Of a DNA stretch of 64,000 nucleotides, positions 63,846 through 64,000 are shown piece by piece. The notes beneath the pieces are model-generated. The model was given only the letters and a program-made list of their open reading frames with translations. It had not been told where the DNA came from and ran no database searches. Each line of letters opens with the position of its first letter. Position 1 is the stretch's first letter. Source of the DNA: Chara braunii (lineage: Eukaryota; Plantae; Charophyceae); assembly GCA_003427395.1 (NCBI GenBank), contig BFEA01000003.1, forward strand, positions 1,368,206 through 1,432,205. The letters run 5' to 3'. The position numbers were made by a program, and so were the translations under genes.

Positions 63846-64000
63846 ATATTTTATTTAATGACTATACCATAGTATATTTCTCTAGGTGACAAAATGTGAT
63901 AATGAAGAAAAATATCTTTAAGTCCTAGGCTACCAGCCGGACCGCCCTGGTCACCCTATTTTCCCAGACGGCCCGACCGTGCAAGGACCAGGGAAGGACC

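Overview
Repeat-rich eukaryotic genomic DNA with several N gaps and many microsatellites. It is probably from a streptophyte alga such as Chara (inference from a plant-type U6, a plant-like ribophorin II and a retained outer-arm dynein chain). There are two clear host genes, both intronless and on the minus strand: ribophorin II (RPN2, 31577-33883) and axonemal dynein intermediate chain 2 (DNAI2/ODA6, 52000-54225), the latter with an unusual Ser/Pro/Thr tail. The rest is nested mobile DNA: a decayed Ty3/gypsy element, L1/Tx1-type LINE fragments, a gypsy integrase fragment, hAT-, Mutator-, Tc1/mariner- and TTAA-type MITEs, and two U6 pseudocopies. Three signals stand out. (1) Four copies of a 2.3-2.7 kb TGTGA...TCACA/TTACA solo-LTR-like unit each carry a conserved, unrecognised ~190 aa FPPY-WP-CxxC ORF, three of them downstream of a clear TATA box. 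(2) An array of about 16 hairpins has a conserved loop and compensating stems. (3) An 11.7 kb insertion bounded by a target-site duplication (TSD) has non-matching ends and carries tandem antisense exon-like cargo. Coordinates were read by eye, so element boundaries without a TSD are approximate.
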